A stretch of DNA of 64,000 nucleotides from Geosiphon pyriformis uo1 (taxonomy: Eukaryota > Fungi > Glomeromycota): positions 112,896 to 176,895 of the forward strand of contig JAAOMT010000029.1 in NCBI GenBank assembly GCA_016748015.1, given 5' to 3'. Numbering within the stretch: the stretch's first letter is position 1; each line of letters begins with the position of its first letter. The translations under genes and the position numbers were made by a program. Below the pieces are notes generated by a model. The model was given only the letters and a program-made list of their open reading frames with translations, ran no database searches and had not been told where the DNA came from. Shown here in pieces: positions 42,506 to 56,000 of this stretch.

Positions 42506-43874
42506 TTCGAACGCTATTTGATATCAGATAGGATAGTAGTAACTATAATAGAATAATTTATAATTATAATCTCCACTTTTTAGAAAAATATCTTGTGCAT
42601 CATAATTTTGAATGTTTCAAAATCGAATCTCTAACCTCATATATTATAGTTTGATAAGTAAAGGTTTTAACTTCAGACCAATAATATACCTTCTCCGTTT
42701 TTATTTCTCAAAGAGAATAGAATTTTGAAAATCCTGTCATAACCGTTCATAAAGAAATTAATTGCCAATCAAAAGGGCGTGCATACGAGTATCAGCTATT
42801 AATAAAACTTATTTTGAAACTAATTTTGAAATTACCAAAGAGAACTTTCTATAAATATCGTAGATGTAAGGCTCTGATAGGACCGCTTTTTTAGCTATTG
42901 ATTTGATTATAGAGAAAATGAAAGAAATGAATTCCCTAAAATTGTGAATGAAGAATTTCGCGTGATAATTAGTTTTGTGTAACTTACATAATCTTGAAGA
43001 AAATTTTAGTCATAAAATTTTTTTATCCATGGTATTCTATCTTTAATGTTTGCGTTTTAACTAAAAGCAAATAAATTTCAAATTTGATTTGGAAGATTGA
43101 GAAATTGCAAATTGAGAAAATTTCTAACCAATATTTGGTCAAGTGTTTCTTAGTGATTAAATAGAAAACAACCAGACACCTTAAGAATAGATAAAAATAC
43201 TTTTAATAATGCAAATGATTTATGAGATTCAAGGTGACTATTAAGCAGGGATCATACTTCAGACTTCTATAAACTATCAGCGATATGGGAATAGTTGTAG
43301 AACAACATGAAGTGGAAGAATCTATAATTGGAAGCAAAGTGCAGATTACTTGGTGACAGTATCCCCCATTGAAAATGATGAATATAAACGCCACAAAATG
43401 TGGCTGTACAAGGATGATACTTTTATTTGAGAAATTTCGTCCCATTGACTAAATTTTTGAGGAGTTCTTATGTAAAATTCTTTTATTATTCTTGTTTCAA
43501 TGCTAAAATGATCATTATGGTTAAAATTACTCCCAATTGTTTCATGCATGTGTATTCCCAAAATGTGGGACAGGTTTGTCGAAAATTCTTTGGATAATGA
43601 CGAGAATGATAAAATCTAAATTAGGTAATTTTTTCAGAAATATTTATAATGGTTTGGGATCTATGTTGAAATGTTCTCTCTCTTTTGAACCTAAAGACAA
43701 TTCAAAAATTAACACTGGTCTTTGCTATTTTGCAATCGTTGAAGCTTCGAGCATTATATATATAAAGGTACAGGTTTTTGCTTAAAAAGTTCAGAAATGG
43801 GTCAAAAATTTAAAGGTTTCTTTCATTTTTTTGGCTAAAGAGCCTCATAATTGTTAGGGTGTTTCATTTACACG

Positions 43875-44815
43875 ATGCAATCTCAACCCAAAATATTACT
43901 TCCCATAATAAATGGAAAAATTAGTACGGAAGAAACTCCTGAAGAGCTACTTGACTATGTAAGTTAATAATGATTTTTTGGTGGTTGAAAACACAAATTA
44001 AAATTTAAAAATTTTTCAATTTCAATCCTCAGGTGACACATGAAGAATATAATGAACGTATTCAAGCGTTCAATAAACTTAAATCAATGCATCGTCAACG
44101 TTCATGTTTAATATGCTTCGGTCCTTATATTTGCACGCTTATAAGCATAGCTATCATAGTTTCTTTAGTTTTTCTTTATAAAAATACACCTCATCCTTCG
44201 CTAGCGGGATCTGAAAAATTGGCAGATTGGGCAATGTTTGGTGCTATTACCCTAATTGGGTTGGTTAGCTTTATTTGGGCATTGACTTGGAAATTGGTCA
44301 TAAGAAACAAAGTAAGAATATAATATATGAGTATAAAATTTTTTTTTATTAAACTATCATTACTAAAGGAAATGAAATTTTCAATTTTCAAAGGCACGAA
44401 ATCAAATTCATGATTTGATTAAAAATTTCAATAAAGAAGACATAAACACAATTGGAATTGAATGGATATATGAACCTTTGGGCAGGAAGGTGATAGAAGG
44501 TGAAAAGGTAACTTCATCAGAATAAAGGAGTTTAATTGCTTTCTTTTGCTTTTAAATGAGAAAAATTTAACCTTAAATTCTGTTATTTTCATATCCCAAC
44601 AGTCAACTATATCGAGTTACACTCAATACTATTCAAAACCACAAGAATTTCTTGTAATCAAGCTGTTTAATAATGATTTTAGAGGTTCCACGAATGATTT
44701 GTTATCTTACTCGCAACTACAAGGTTCTTTTTCAACAATCGTGCTTATCCCAGATGAAGAAGAAGAAAAAAATAAATCTCTTGATTCTATTAAAAGTGCT
44801 GAAATTAAAGGGTGA
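43875..44815 (+). CDS. Membrane protein with Erf4/Golgin-A7-like region (~229 aa)
   Basis: Exons 43875-43958, 44033-44311, 44394-44507, 44603-44815. PEELLDYVTHEEYNERIQAFN, two TM helices, then LIKNFNKED..GIEW resembles the Erf4 domain pattern. Confidence 0.6.
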
Positions 44816-47197
44816 AATAGACCCTTAATGTTCTCATTGGGTGTAATGAGAAATGAAAATAGCCTCATGCTTGCATTTGAGAGAAGCGTATTTTTTGTTT
44901 TAACATATCATTATTTGGGAAATCATTTTTTAGAACTTGTCCTATTAAATTAAAATATTTACCTCAGACTGATACTAAATTTAGAAATTCAATATTTATT
45001 TTTATTTTTGTATATCTAAAAGTCTTTAAAGTCCCGAAAAACTATATTAGGAACAATTAAAAAATCTGTAAAATACCAGGTTGTGATGTAGATATACCTT
45101 AAAGTTTAGCGTAAGAAACAAGTAAATTATTATTTTATAATCAGTTTTAATTTGGGTGAATAAGCTATTAAAATGTGACAGAATTCCTAATTCAATTTGT
45201 TGACATTTAGATTCCCATAATATTGGCACCAGTATTTAATGCTTTGAGACCTAACTTCTTTTGGGCAATATTCTTGCTTAACCCAAACTTAGGGAATTAA
45301 GTTCTTTACCTGAAACTTCAGTCGTTCGAATAGATGAGAAGTGATTTATTCCCACATAACATGTAAAAATGAAAAAGGACGAATTATATAAGTTGTTCAA
45401 TTTTGAAAGGGCATTTTGAAGCATACAAGCATAAAATGTTTAAACATACTTTTTTGATATTTTGAACTAAACCCTGTTCACGTTTAAATTTCATAATTCT
45501 TCAAAGTATATTTAATTTCACCTTTCATCCTAACTGTTCGCTTTCGTTTTATAAATAGTTTATTTAATTAAAAGACTAAATTTCAATAGTTTCTGTGAAA
45601 ACGATTATCTTTGAAAATTTTCATGACTTTGAAATGAGCCAAAATTAAGAAAATCCTTATCAAAATTAAATTATTATTTTTGCATGATAATTCTGAGTCT
45701 ATATATTTCCATCTCAAACATTTAGAAATATCTGTCTTGGGACAAATAAATTATCTAGATTTCATCTTAATTGAAAATTTTTTTTAGAACCATTTCCAAT
45801 AGCTTTTATATTTTGATTACAAACAAAAAATCATCAGATAATTTTCTCTAGAAATGACTTTTTTTCATAGTACCCAAGACTTTGGTCAAAACATTACGAG
45901 TTTCGTGCTAAAAAGAGATCTTTCATTTATAATTATCAAATTGCATTAATCGCCGATAACATGAACGGATTGTCCCGTTCAGCATGGCTTAAAAGTAATA
46001 TTGTTTTGGTAACACTTAATGCTTGGCATTTTATATAAGTTATATCATTTAATATTGAGGAAAGAAAAAAGATTTATAAGCTAAAAGATTTGCATCGAAA
46101 ATTTCTTTCAAATATAATTGATTTTTAAATTTATGAGGTTGTATTTACAAATTCTTATAAGAATTTCAAGGAATCAAAAGTTAGAATTATAGAATGATTA
46201 AGAATATCCGTTACTTCCAAAGCATTTAGATTTATAGTTTCAAGATTGAAAAAGGCTTTTCTCATAATCTGATCATGTACTCATTAAATTTAATCAAGAA
46301 AAGTCATTAATGGAGATGAGATTTGGTGAACTTTTCAATCGTGTTTGAATAAAGTTGTAAGCGTTGGAATCGACAATATGTTTAACAGCTATATTGTTTC
46401 CTGGAATTTTTCTTTACCTATCAAATTACGCATATTAAAAGTCCAAGTATGGAGCTTGTCTTTATTAGTTAATCACAATAAATTAAAGGAGCAGTTATGC
46501 TTTTATACTTTTATGCTACTTTAATAGTCTAAATTAAAAGGTCCTTTTATTTATGCTTTTGACTCAAGTTTTGTATAATTCCTTTCCACAGAGATAAATC
46601 GTTCTCCTAGATCGAAATCAAGAACACGTTGAGATCAAACTTGTGGGGGTTTCTAAAATGTCTAATACAAAAAGCATTTGCGATTGATTCTAAGGAAATT
46701 TGTAGTCCAAGGTTTGTATCAACTAGGATCAAGTTTCTTGGTTTTTTGTTTCTGTTGAAATTAAAATTCACTAATCTGCTGCGAAACTTGGGGCTCTCAT
46801 CGATAAACGATTTTCAGAATCCAAAGAAATTCAATAGATCCGATCCCGATGCACGGACGAAAAGTTTCAATGGGAGGAATCCTAATTTTTGCAAAATTTA
46901 AGTTACACATCAATTTTTTCACATCGATCGTTTGACAGATCAATGTTCCAGCTAAATAAATGACCATCGCTCGATATGAAGACAAAAGATACGCAACCAT
47001 TGGAATCGGTCAAATTCCAAATAGACTAAAGTCTACTGAAATATTCCCGAAAAGATTGCTCAAATTAAAATATCCAGTTTTTGATATAGGAATGGTTTAT
47101 TTCTAATGTATATTTAATGTATTAGGTACAAAATAAATAAATTACTTGATAAATATTAAATAGTAAATTTTCAAGCCCAGAATCATTTGTAAGAACC

Positions 47198-48629
47198 TTA
47201 TATACATCTTGCAAAACCAACGAAGTAAGCGATCTCATCACTGTCCCAAGTTATTGGGATAATAGTTACAAAATTTCTGAATGGCTATTGAAAATCGAAA
47301 AGAAGTTTTATTCAGTTGAATAGTATTATGAGGATACTAGAGAGATTTCAAGTAATGTCTTTTTCAAAAAAATTTACCTGACCACCTTTTCTGTAATTTA
47401 TAAAGTCAACTTGAACTTCTCTATAAGACACTGTTTTTTCTTTAAGTTTGATCACAGCATTGGCATCTGTATACTCTCTAACGGAACCTTGAACAACGTG
47501 ACCATCAGGTGATTGAAGAAATCGGCAATTACGACCTATAATTTCTGCACTTGGATATCCTGTCAAGGTTTCAAATGTGGTACTAGCGTATACAACGGGG
47601 AAATCATATTTTCGAGCATCCACTTTTAGATTATCAAAAGAAATATTAGGAAAGAGGAATTTAATATTTTTTTATGATCTCGAATTCTCGGATATTCAGG
47701 AAAACTCACCAACAACAAATGAACAACTCAGGTCAACTGGGCCCAGATCAATTTCAGGATTTGGTCTTTAAAAATTAAAAGAATAAAATTGGTTTTCCTT
47801 CAAATAGAATGTAAAAAAGAAAATTTTTGAGCATCATGTGTTTACCTCATTGCAACTCGGGCCTATATTTTACAAGTAATGATCACGTTAGATATTCTCC
47901 CCTTCATCTTAAATCCCATACATATTTTGGAAAATTCCTTACCAAAACACCAATCATATCAAATCCTGTAGTGGAATACAAAATTCCCAGACCAGGAATC
48001 CCTATATTTAAAATCGATGCTGAGCGAAAAGTTTTTACAAAAAAAAGGAATTTCAAAGATCTTAAAGGTCAAGAAAAATAATCATACCAGGGGGTCCTGC
48101 GGGATATGGAGGAAGATTAGGCCTACGCAGAGACCTTTTTGGTGATCCAGTTCTATCTTGAAATTTTCTTGGATTTTGAGATATGTGACTTTCTCTGGAC
48201 CCTGTCGTGCTTAAATGGAGGTTTGAAGCAACAGGTGAAGGCAACGGGGCAAATTTATTGTTGTTGGTCATCGTTTCCATATATGGTTGTGGTTCGTATT
48301 GGATGCGCGAATGCGCTATAGAATGGGAATTAAAAGAATCTGGTGTGCGGCTACTGTTGAGAATCGTATTTGGTAAACGAGAAATTCTTTAACTCTAATC
48401 TCGGTTTTTTCAGATACACTGAGCCAAACCATCCTAAGAAAACTTACCGCCAACTTCGATTATAATAAGATGGTTGTGAATAGGAATTTCTATTTTGCCG
48501 AAAGTTTGGAGAGGATAATGAAGGAGGAGGAACGGTAAATGTGAAAGGATAATTTGCAGGGACTGTATGCCAAGTTTCATTATCCTCTCGCTGTGATTGT
48601 GACATTACATTGACAAAATTTTCATCCAT
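47198..48629 (-). CDS. Short LOV-only blue-light photoreceptor (VIVID/WC-1-type LOV, ~314 aa)
   Basis: Exons 48629-48448, 48386-48088, 48001-47943, 47862-47846, 47765-47710, 47622-47378, 47284-47198. It has the N-cap YSTTGFDMIGVLARVAMRPNPEIDLGPVDLSC, the core GRNCRFLQSPDG with the fungal E-F loop insertion, and INYRKGGQPFRN. It ends YFVGFARCI*. Confidence 0.9.
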
Positions 48630-48880
48630 TTTCGATGGATTTTGTTGAAAGTAAAGTACAATATTGAGCCTAAATTTCAGAAAAAATGAGATTTTATCGT
48701 AATGAAAATTTCTGAACGATATAAAATTCTTGATTTTACCTTTCGATTCGAGATGTTACTGTATGAAGTTAAATCAAACGAATTTTGTAAATAACAGTGA
48801 TAGAAAGAAAATTATTGAAAGAGAAGTAATGAACAAAAGAATATCGATTCAAATGTTTTTTGTTTATGGAATTTCAGTTT

Positions 48881-48888
48881 TATTTATA
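48881..48888 (-). promoter_or_regulatory. Candidate TATA box of the LOV gene
   Basis: TATAAATA on the minus strand ~250 nt upstream of the ATG. This is weak evidence in AT-rich DNA. Confidence 0.3.
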
Positions 48889-51334
48889 AGAATTATTATC
48901 GATCTATCTAGACATGGTTTGTGCCACAGAATTAGGAATCGGGAAATATATAATATGTGTGTCGTGTGATTACTTGACTTGAAATGAAATAGAACATCAA
49001 GATCATGAATCAAAAAAAAATTACAAAATTTTATACACACTCGGCCGGTTGTGATTTTATAAAGAATTTTTAGGAATTCATTAATTTTTTGAAATTCTCA
49101 GAGACTTGCTAATTTAGCGATAGAATTACAATATAAAAGGTTTTAAGAGCAATAGCAAAGTAAAAAAGGTCTGCAGTGTTACCCTTGATAACGGCACGAA
49201 AAATCTCGGTTTCGGAGAAGATAAAGGTGTAAATAAATTCTAAACTGGTTTTCGTAATCATCATGCTAATAAGTTATCTCCATCGAAAAAGTAGACTTTG
49301 AAATATATCTAGTAAGGCAATTAATTAGCATTTAATTCTAGGGAATTAGATTTGAATTCGGATTCAATTTCAGACACAAAATTGGCCCGTGATACTGTGT
49401 CAAGTCGGCCATTCGTGATCGAATTAACTTGCACAAAATTACATGTATTGTGCTTGCTTACAAAATATCATAATTTGATCAGTAATCTCAATTTTTAATT
49501 GAATCATAAATGGCTTGTGCATATAATATAAGATGTTCAACCGATAATATAACTTTCGAAAATTCCACGAGGTAAAAATCCAGCAGGAAGAAACGTGAAT
49601 TTTATTATTACCTTCAAGTTTCGGAAAATTTTTTTTATTAAACTAAAAATAATATCCCTCATTTGTCACCATCAATCGAATTTATCCATCTAATTAATAA
49701 TTTTTACAAAAGCAAAACTCCAATTAAGAATGCTCACAATTGTAATATACATTGTAAAAATAAAAAAGGTTTAAAATTAAGGGTGAAAAGAGTGAAAATT
49801 AATATACAGTGATGACGTTTGAATAAGGAATAGTTTCATTCGTAATATTATTGGTCCGATTTTTATAATTTCGAAGAATTTAAGATTGCCAAAAAAGCCA
49901 TTAATTGAAAAAATTTTCAATTTTAGTTATGAATCGAGTTCATTGTAAATAAAAGTGAAGATGTAAGCTTATCTGAAAATATAACTTTGAGAGAGCAAGA
50001 ATCATTTATCGATAAAATTTTTCAAGTTGTTAAATCAGCTGCCTTATGAAATTCAGCATTGCTGAAACCGCTTGTAAATCTATAAGTCTGCACTTGATAT
50101 TCATTATAATATTATGTGAACAAGGCTATTATTGCTGTCCCATAATATCTATTTGAATAATTATATTTTTCAAACGATCACATCTTCAAGATCAGGTGTA
50201 TATCAGACTTTATTCAGCTTTCAAAGAAGTATTCAATATCGGCTACTTAGTGTACTTAAAACTGAAATATTTGTGATAAGAATTTTAAAGGTGTCCCTAA
50301 AAGTAATTAAGTCCACAAAGTTCAACCAAAAAATCATTTGTTCCTAGAAATTAATTTTTATAAAATAAAGCAGAATGGATTGATTTAATAATTAACAAGG
50401 AATATTAATCATCATCAGCTAGAATTACAAGTTTTCATTTATTTCAATGATAACATTTTTCAAAATAAATAAATAAACCATTAAACAAAAATTACTTTGT
50501 AAAAATTTTAATTATTAATTGAATAAAAATGTATAAGCTTTTAAACAGGAAAAAATGTATATGCATAAAATTCCTAGTCAAAATTGTTTTATTCACACAA
50601 AAATTAGCTATTGCATAAATTTTCAAATTTTTTGGCGAATTTTGGATTATTTGCCAATTAATAATAAAGATATAAAATTGAATACAAAAATCAAACATAA
50701 ATAATTCAATTCAAAAGTAATTTGGAATTTTAATAAAATTTTAATTTAAAGTATCATGTTTTATATAAAAATTATCTAGCATTAAGAGCAAAAAGAAAAA
50801 GAAAGTTCATAATTATATATAAATTTGTGAAATTTATAATATAAAAATAATTAAAATTTTTTAATTAACATATATTTATTTAAGGGTACTTAGTAAGTAA
50901 TTAAATTAAATTTAATAAAGTAAAAAAGGAATTTTTCATAAAATAATTTAAATTTTGGTGATTGTTAATTAAATTTTTAAATTATTTTTAATTTTATTTG
51001 GTTTTTTGACTACTTAAAGAATTTTCAGAAATATTAATGATAAAAACAAAACAAAACAAAACAAAACAAAACTAAAAGGAATAATTTGTTTTTATTCGGT
51101 TAGTTGCTAACTCTCATACTAATTATTAATACATAACAGATTCATAAAAAAATTTTAATTCAAAATAAAATGGATAGGCTAAGGTATGCTTTAAATTTAA
51201 ATGATGATAATCAAATACTCAAGTAAAAAGTTCTAATAGAAACCAATTAAAGAAAACTTATCATTACACTTAAACATAACTATTTTTAACATAAAGTCAC
51301 GAATCGATTCCAATTTGAACGAGAATTTTAGGCT

Positions 51335-52559
51335 TCAACCTTTTTGTGCCAAAAACGAGTGATAATAAGCGCAACATTCTAACTTATCGTCATCCATTTC
51401 TTTAGCTGATTTTTTGACAAGAGTTTCAAATTGCTCAACATCCATATCTAAAGTATCACCAATCGTTTCGTACTCAGTATGCATGAACTCAAGAAGGCTT
51501 TCTTCGCAAAATTGCCCTACTAATCCTCCCCATTTTCCAATTGGTATCTTTAAGACTTGGCGAGTAATTTTATGAAATTGGTTCGTGTTTTTAAGAATCG
51601 TCTCAATTTCGTCGATGATTTTATAATCAATATTTGAGGCTTTCAACCACTCTAAGACTATGAAAAATTTGTGCCAAATTTACATTTATTGATCAGCAAT
51701 AGACTACAATCAGTATATATTTTTTGCTTACATTTGTTGTTGAATTCCCTAAAGGCACTTCCAGCTTGATGTCCAATGGTATATGGTTCCATCAACTAAA
51801 AAAAGCAAAAAAGTTGGAAACTGAAATACAAAGTTTGTTTTAAAAAATTTATAGATTCAAATACCTCAATCCAGCCTCCAGGCTTGACTAATCTGATTAG
51901 CTCATTAATAACCAGATCTTCCCAATCATTTTTTTCTAGGCCAAGAACCATATGTCTCATATGAATATAATCAAACTCCCCATCCTTCAAATTTAAGATA
52001 TGAATTTTAAATCGCCTTCCTTAATATCCCAATTTTTACTCTACAAATTTACCTTAAACGGAAGACCAGTGAGAATATTAGCGGCCAAGAATTTTACATT
52101 TTCTGGCATAACGCTCTCAGGAAAATTTGGAACTATGTCGATTCCAAAGAACTTTGAATTGGGATAATCTGTAGCCATCTCGCAGACCCAAGCACCTGGA
52201 CCGCATCCAATATCTAAACATTTTGCTCCTTCAACAAGCTTGTCTTTAATATCAGCAAAAAAGTTTTGTTGGAAAGCAAATTTTAACATGTAATGATGAT
52301 AAATCATGCGATCAAGCTCTCGGCTATCCAAAGGGAGTACCTAAGATTAAAATGACAAAACCCGGAAAATTGGCTTTCATGAATAAACCCATTGATCCGT
52401 TAGCTATTTCATTTAAAATTATTGGCTTACATATTTAGCATTCTTAACATTGTGATATCTTCTTCCATGGATTACACGAAAGAGTTCACGAGCAGTTGAA
52501 TCAATATTTGGTTCGTATAAAAGTTCATGAAGTTCGTCAAAGTTGACATTTTCTTCCAT
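51335..52559 (-). CDS. LaeA-like class I SAM-dependent methyltransferase (~307 aa)
   Basis: Exons 52559-52431, 52340-52053, 51984-51865, 51795-51732, 51657-51335. Motifs: HGRRYHN, YVLPLDSRELDR, LDIGCGPGAW, GIDI, FDYIHMR, ELIRLVKPGGWIE, IPIGKWGG. Confidence 0.9.
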
Positions 52560-53099
52560 AATTAATATACACTAAAAATCAAGACGACAAATATGAAATA
52601 AAATCTTTTTACGTCTACTAAAAAACAATATTCAAAGGCTACCAGTTCTCCAGTAGCAGGTTTATTGAGAGCCTTTATACCAGAAATAACCAATCACGCT
52701 ACCTTTAAGAGAATAAAGGGATACACAACATACAGGCATTGTTCCTTCCGAATTATGCCTAAGCGAAAATCTGAAATTTCCCAGTTGGTAAAAAAAATTT
52801 ATTAAAGTTGTTTGGTCAGTGCGGATTTCCTAATCGATGCAACTAATCAAATTTAAGGTTTAAGTGAAACCGCTGATTTACGGGTAGCGACGATCTAAAT
52901 TTATTATGTCTGACTGTTATCACGTCTGCATGCCGTTGAAGATTTGATTTGATGATATTAATTAAAGTTCAGATTCACAAGGAAAATTTGATAGCCAATT
53001 TTTTTTGCCGGTAGTGTAGTACTTCCGCTATCTATGGTAAACGCGAACCGCCACCTAGGCCAATCTCGAACATTCTTTTACATTTAACTTCTAATGTTA

Positions 53100-56000
53100 T
53101 TTACTTTTTTATGAAAAGGATTAATTTTTAAAATTCCAACCATTTGCTTAAATCAAATTTGTTAATTTTAATGAACTAAAAATAATTTATACAAGTTATT
53201 ATAAAAATTCAAAATTCGTAGTATAATCAAAACTATTTTCTATCAAAATCAACAAAAGTTTCATTTATATTATAAACAATCCTTGTATTTTTAATAACAT
53301 ATATTTAAAGATTTACAAATTATGTTTAAATAAAATAGTATACAAATAATTAATTTGAAAATTTATTTAAAACACTATTTTTAAAAATGTAAAATTATTA
53401 TTTTTTATAAATAAACTCAAATTTTCCACTATTTTTTGTTAAATAATGTATAATTGACTAATGAAAACTTGTATACATGTATAAATTTACTACAATTATG
53501 ATAAACCAAAATTATTTTATAGTTTTTTATTTTCTATTTTCATATATTAAATATTTGATTAAATTAAACAAAAAACAATAAAGTAAACAAAAGCAAAAAT
53601 AAATAAATTTAAACAATAATAACTGGTGTTGAATAAATTAAAGAATTTTGCTCATAAGAAATAAATTATACATATAAATTAACTATTTAAATGCTTAAAT
53701 ATAAAAAATCATGGAAGTTGTGAATTATTTCAGTCATCTTACAAATCCAGTTAGTAAGAAATGTTAAACTACTTGAATATAAAATGAGAACATGGTTCCA
53801 ATTCTTTAAGCAAATTGACACCATATACAAAAATATAGTCTAAATTAGTTTTATCTTCTGTTGTTTCTTAAACTTAATTATTCTAGTTCTTTTTGTTTTA
53901 TCTGTTTTACAAACTTTAATAGTTTAATCTGCTTTTTATTATCGTATTTGTAGTTTTTATGTCTTTGAAGCAAATCAATCTTGCTTAAGTTCTTTAAACT
54001 CTTTAGCACATTTAGCAAAAGAATAATCATTTGAAAAGTCTTTTGTATATTTTAATATGCTTAAATTACTCTATCTTAAATTAATGTACCCAAACTTAAA
54101 ATTAACTTATCTAAAAAGTTCAATAATAATTGTTCAAAGTTTTAAGATTTTTCTTAATTAAACCTAACTTATTATTCAGATAATGTTAGCCAAATAGCGC
54201 TTATTAGCACACTTTCTATAAGTATTGTACTTACATGGTTTGTATTTTTGGTTAAGACTTTTTTTCTACTATTTAAAAATTTTAAAAAATTTAAAATAAT
54301 TGTTGATAATACAAATAAGACTTAAGTTTTAACAACATTTCTGCCAAGAAAATTGCTTTATAGTAATTTATTTGTAATTTAAATTGAAAAAAAACTTTGA
54401 TCAATTAGTTCTATTTTGGTCTTTATAATAATCTTGTCAAAATTCCATAATACTTAGTAAACTATTGGCAATATAATATATTATAATAATTGATTATTTA
54501 AATATTGTAAAGAATAAAATTTTTAAAAATGTACTGTTAATTCTGTTTTTCTCTATTTTTTAATTTGTTAACTAACATTCATGCAATGTAATAATTAATG
54601 CTAATCAATACAATTTATTTTAAGTTTTTTATTAAAATTAAAAAATACTATTATTAAATTGATAATTTTTATTTGTATTATAAAGATTTTGATTAATAAA
54701 ATTGTTACAGTTTTATTAAAAAACAATTAATATAAGATGTAGTAAAAGTTATATGTTTAAATATTCCAGTTTTTATTTCAAGTACTTAAATTTTGTTAAG
54801 TTTAAGATTTAGTTTTAAGTCCAAATATTGTTATTAATTTAAAACAAAATTATAATTCTTAAGTATTTTGTTTTTTAATAAAAATCTTTGTTTAATATCC
54901 AGTTTTGTCTTTAGTTTTAATTATATTGTTAAGATTTAGATTTTTTAATTAAGTTTATTAATAAACAATCTATTATTTTTAAAAATATTAGCTAAAAAAC
55001 TCATAATTATTTTTTATAATAACAACATTGAGAAAAACTTATTTTTAATATTATTAAAAGTTTATATTATGTTATTATTCTTAGATTATTTTGGTTATAA
55101 TTAAATAATCCAATAATTAACTAAAAAGTTTATAGAATTAAATTTGCCAAGTTTTTAAAAATAGTTAATATTCACTATTTTAAAAATTTTAATAAGTTTT
55201 TTTGATTATAGCTTTAATTATTTTATAAGCAATTCAAACCAATTTAAAATTTACATCCTGTAATATATATATTAATAAAAAATAAAAAATTAAAGTATTT
55301 TATAAATTTTAAGTAGTTACTTAAATATTAAAAATATGTTAATAAATTTAATAAAAAAAGAATTAATTTATTTTAAAATATTACTAGTATAATTTTTTTA
55401 TCAATTTAAAAAAAATAGCTCTATTTAGGCTAATTTATAATATTTCTAAACTAAAATTCAAAATTTTTTATTGAAGAATTTCAAAAATGAATCAAATATA
55501 ACATTTTAAATATATTATAACTATTTTAAATATTTAATAATACTATTTAGTCTAACAAATATGTTTGCTGTTTTTTAATATTTAAGAAATAATATATTTA
55601 AAACTATTTAGATTAATTTATTATTTATTATTTTATTCAAAAATTATAAAACTATAAAAAATAAATATTTTTAGTTAAAATTATTTTTAATTAAAATATT
55701 AATTTATTTTGTAATTTAAAAACATTTTTTTAGTTTTTTAATACTAAATTTTTTTATCTTTAATTTTATATTCTTTATTTAATAATTATATTAAATACAT
55801 ATTACACATTGTAAGAACACATATAATTATTAATAACTATAATATAATTTTTTTTTAAAAAAGTATTATATTAATTAAAGTAATAAACTATTTTTAATTT
55901 TTATATTTATTATTGTATTTGTTTTGTTTTTAATTTTTATATATTTAGTCTTATTATATATTCTTTTGATTAAAATTATATAAATATTTAAATTAAATGC

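Noticed and set aside
43200-43790. Possible second lipase pseudogene (DKPVPHFGN echoes RDIPHFGN in the lipase)
   Set aside because: Only a 5-residue match; no GxxxGG, TFGQPR or EYWI motif was found.
46600-47100. Possible decayed PAS-B/GATA exons continuing the LOV gene into a full WC-1
   Set aside because: No frame gives a convincing PAS or CxxC-x18-CxxC motif.
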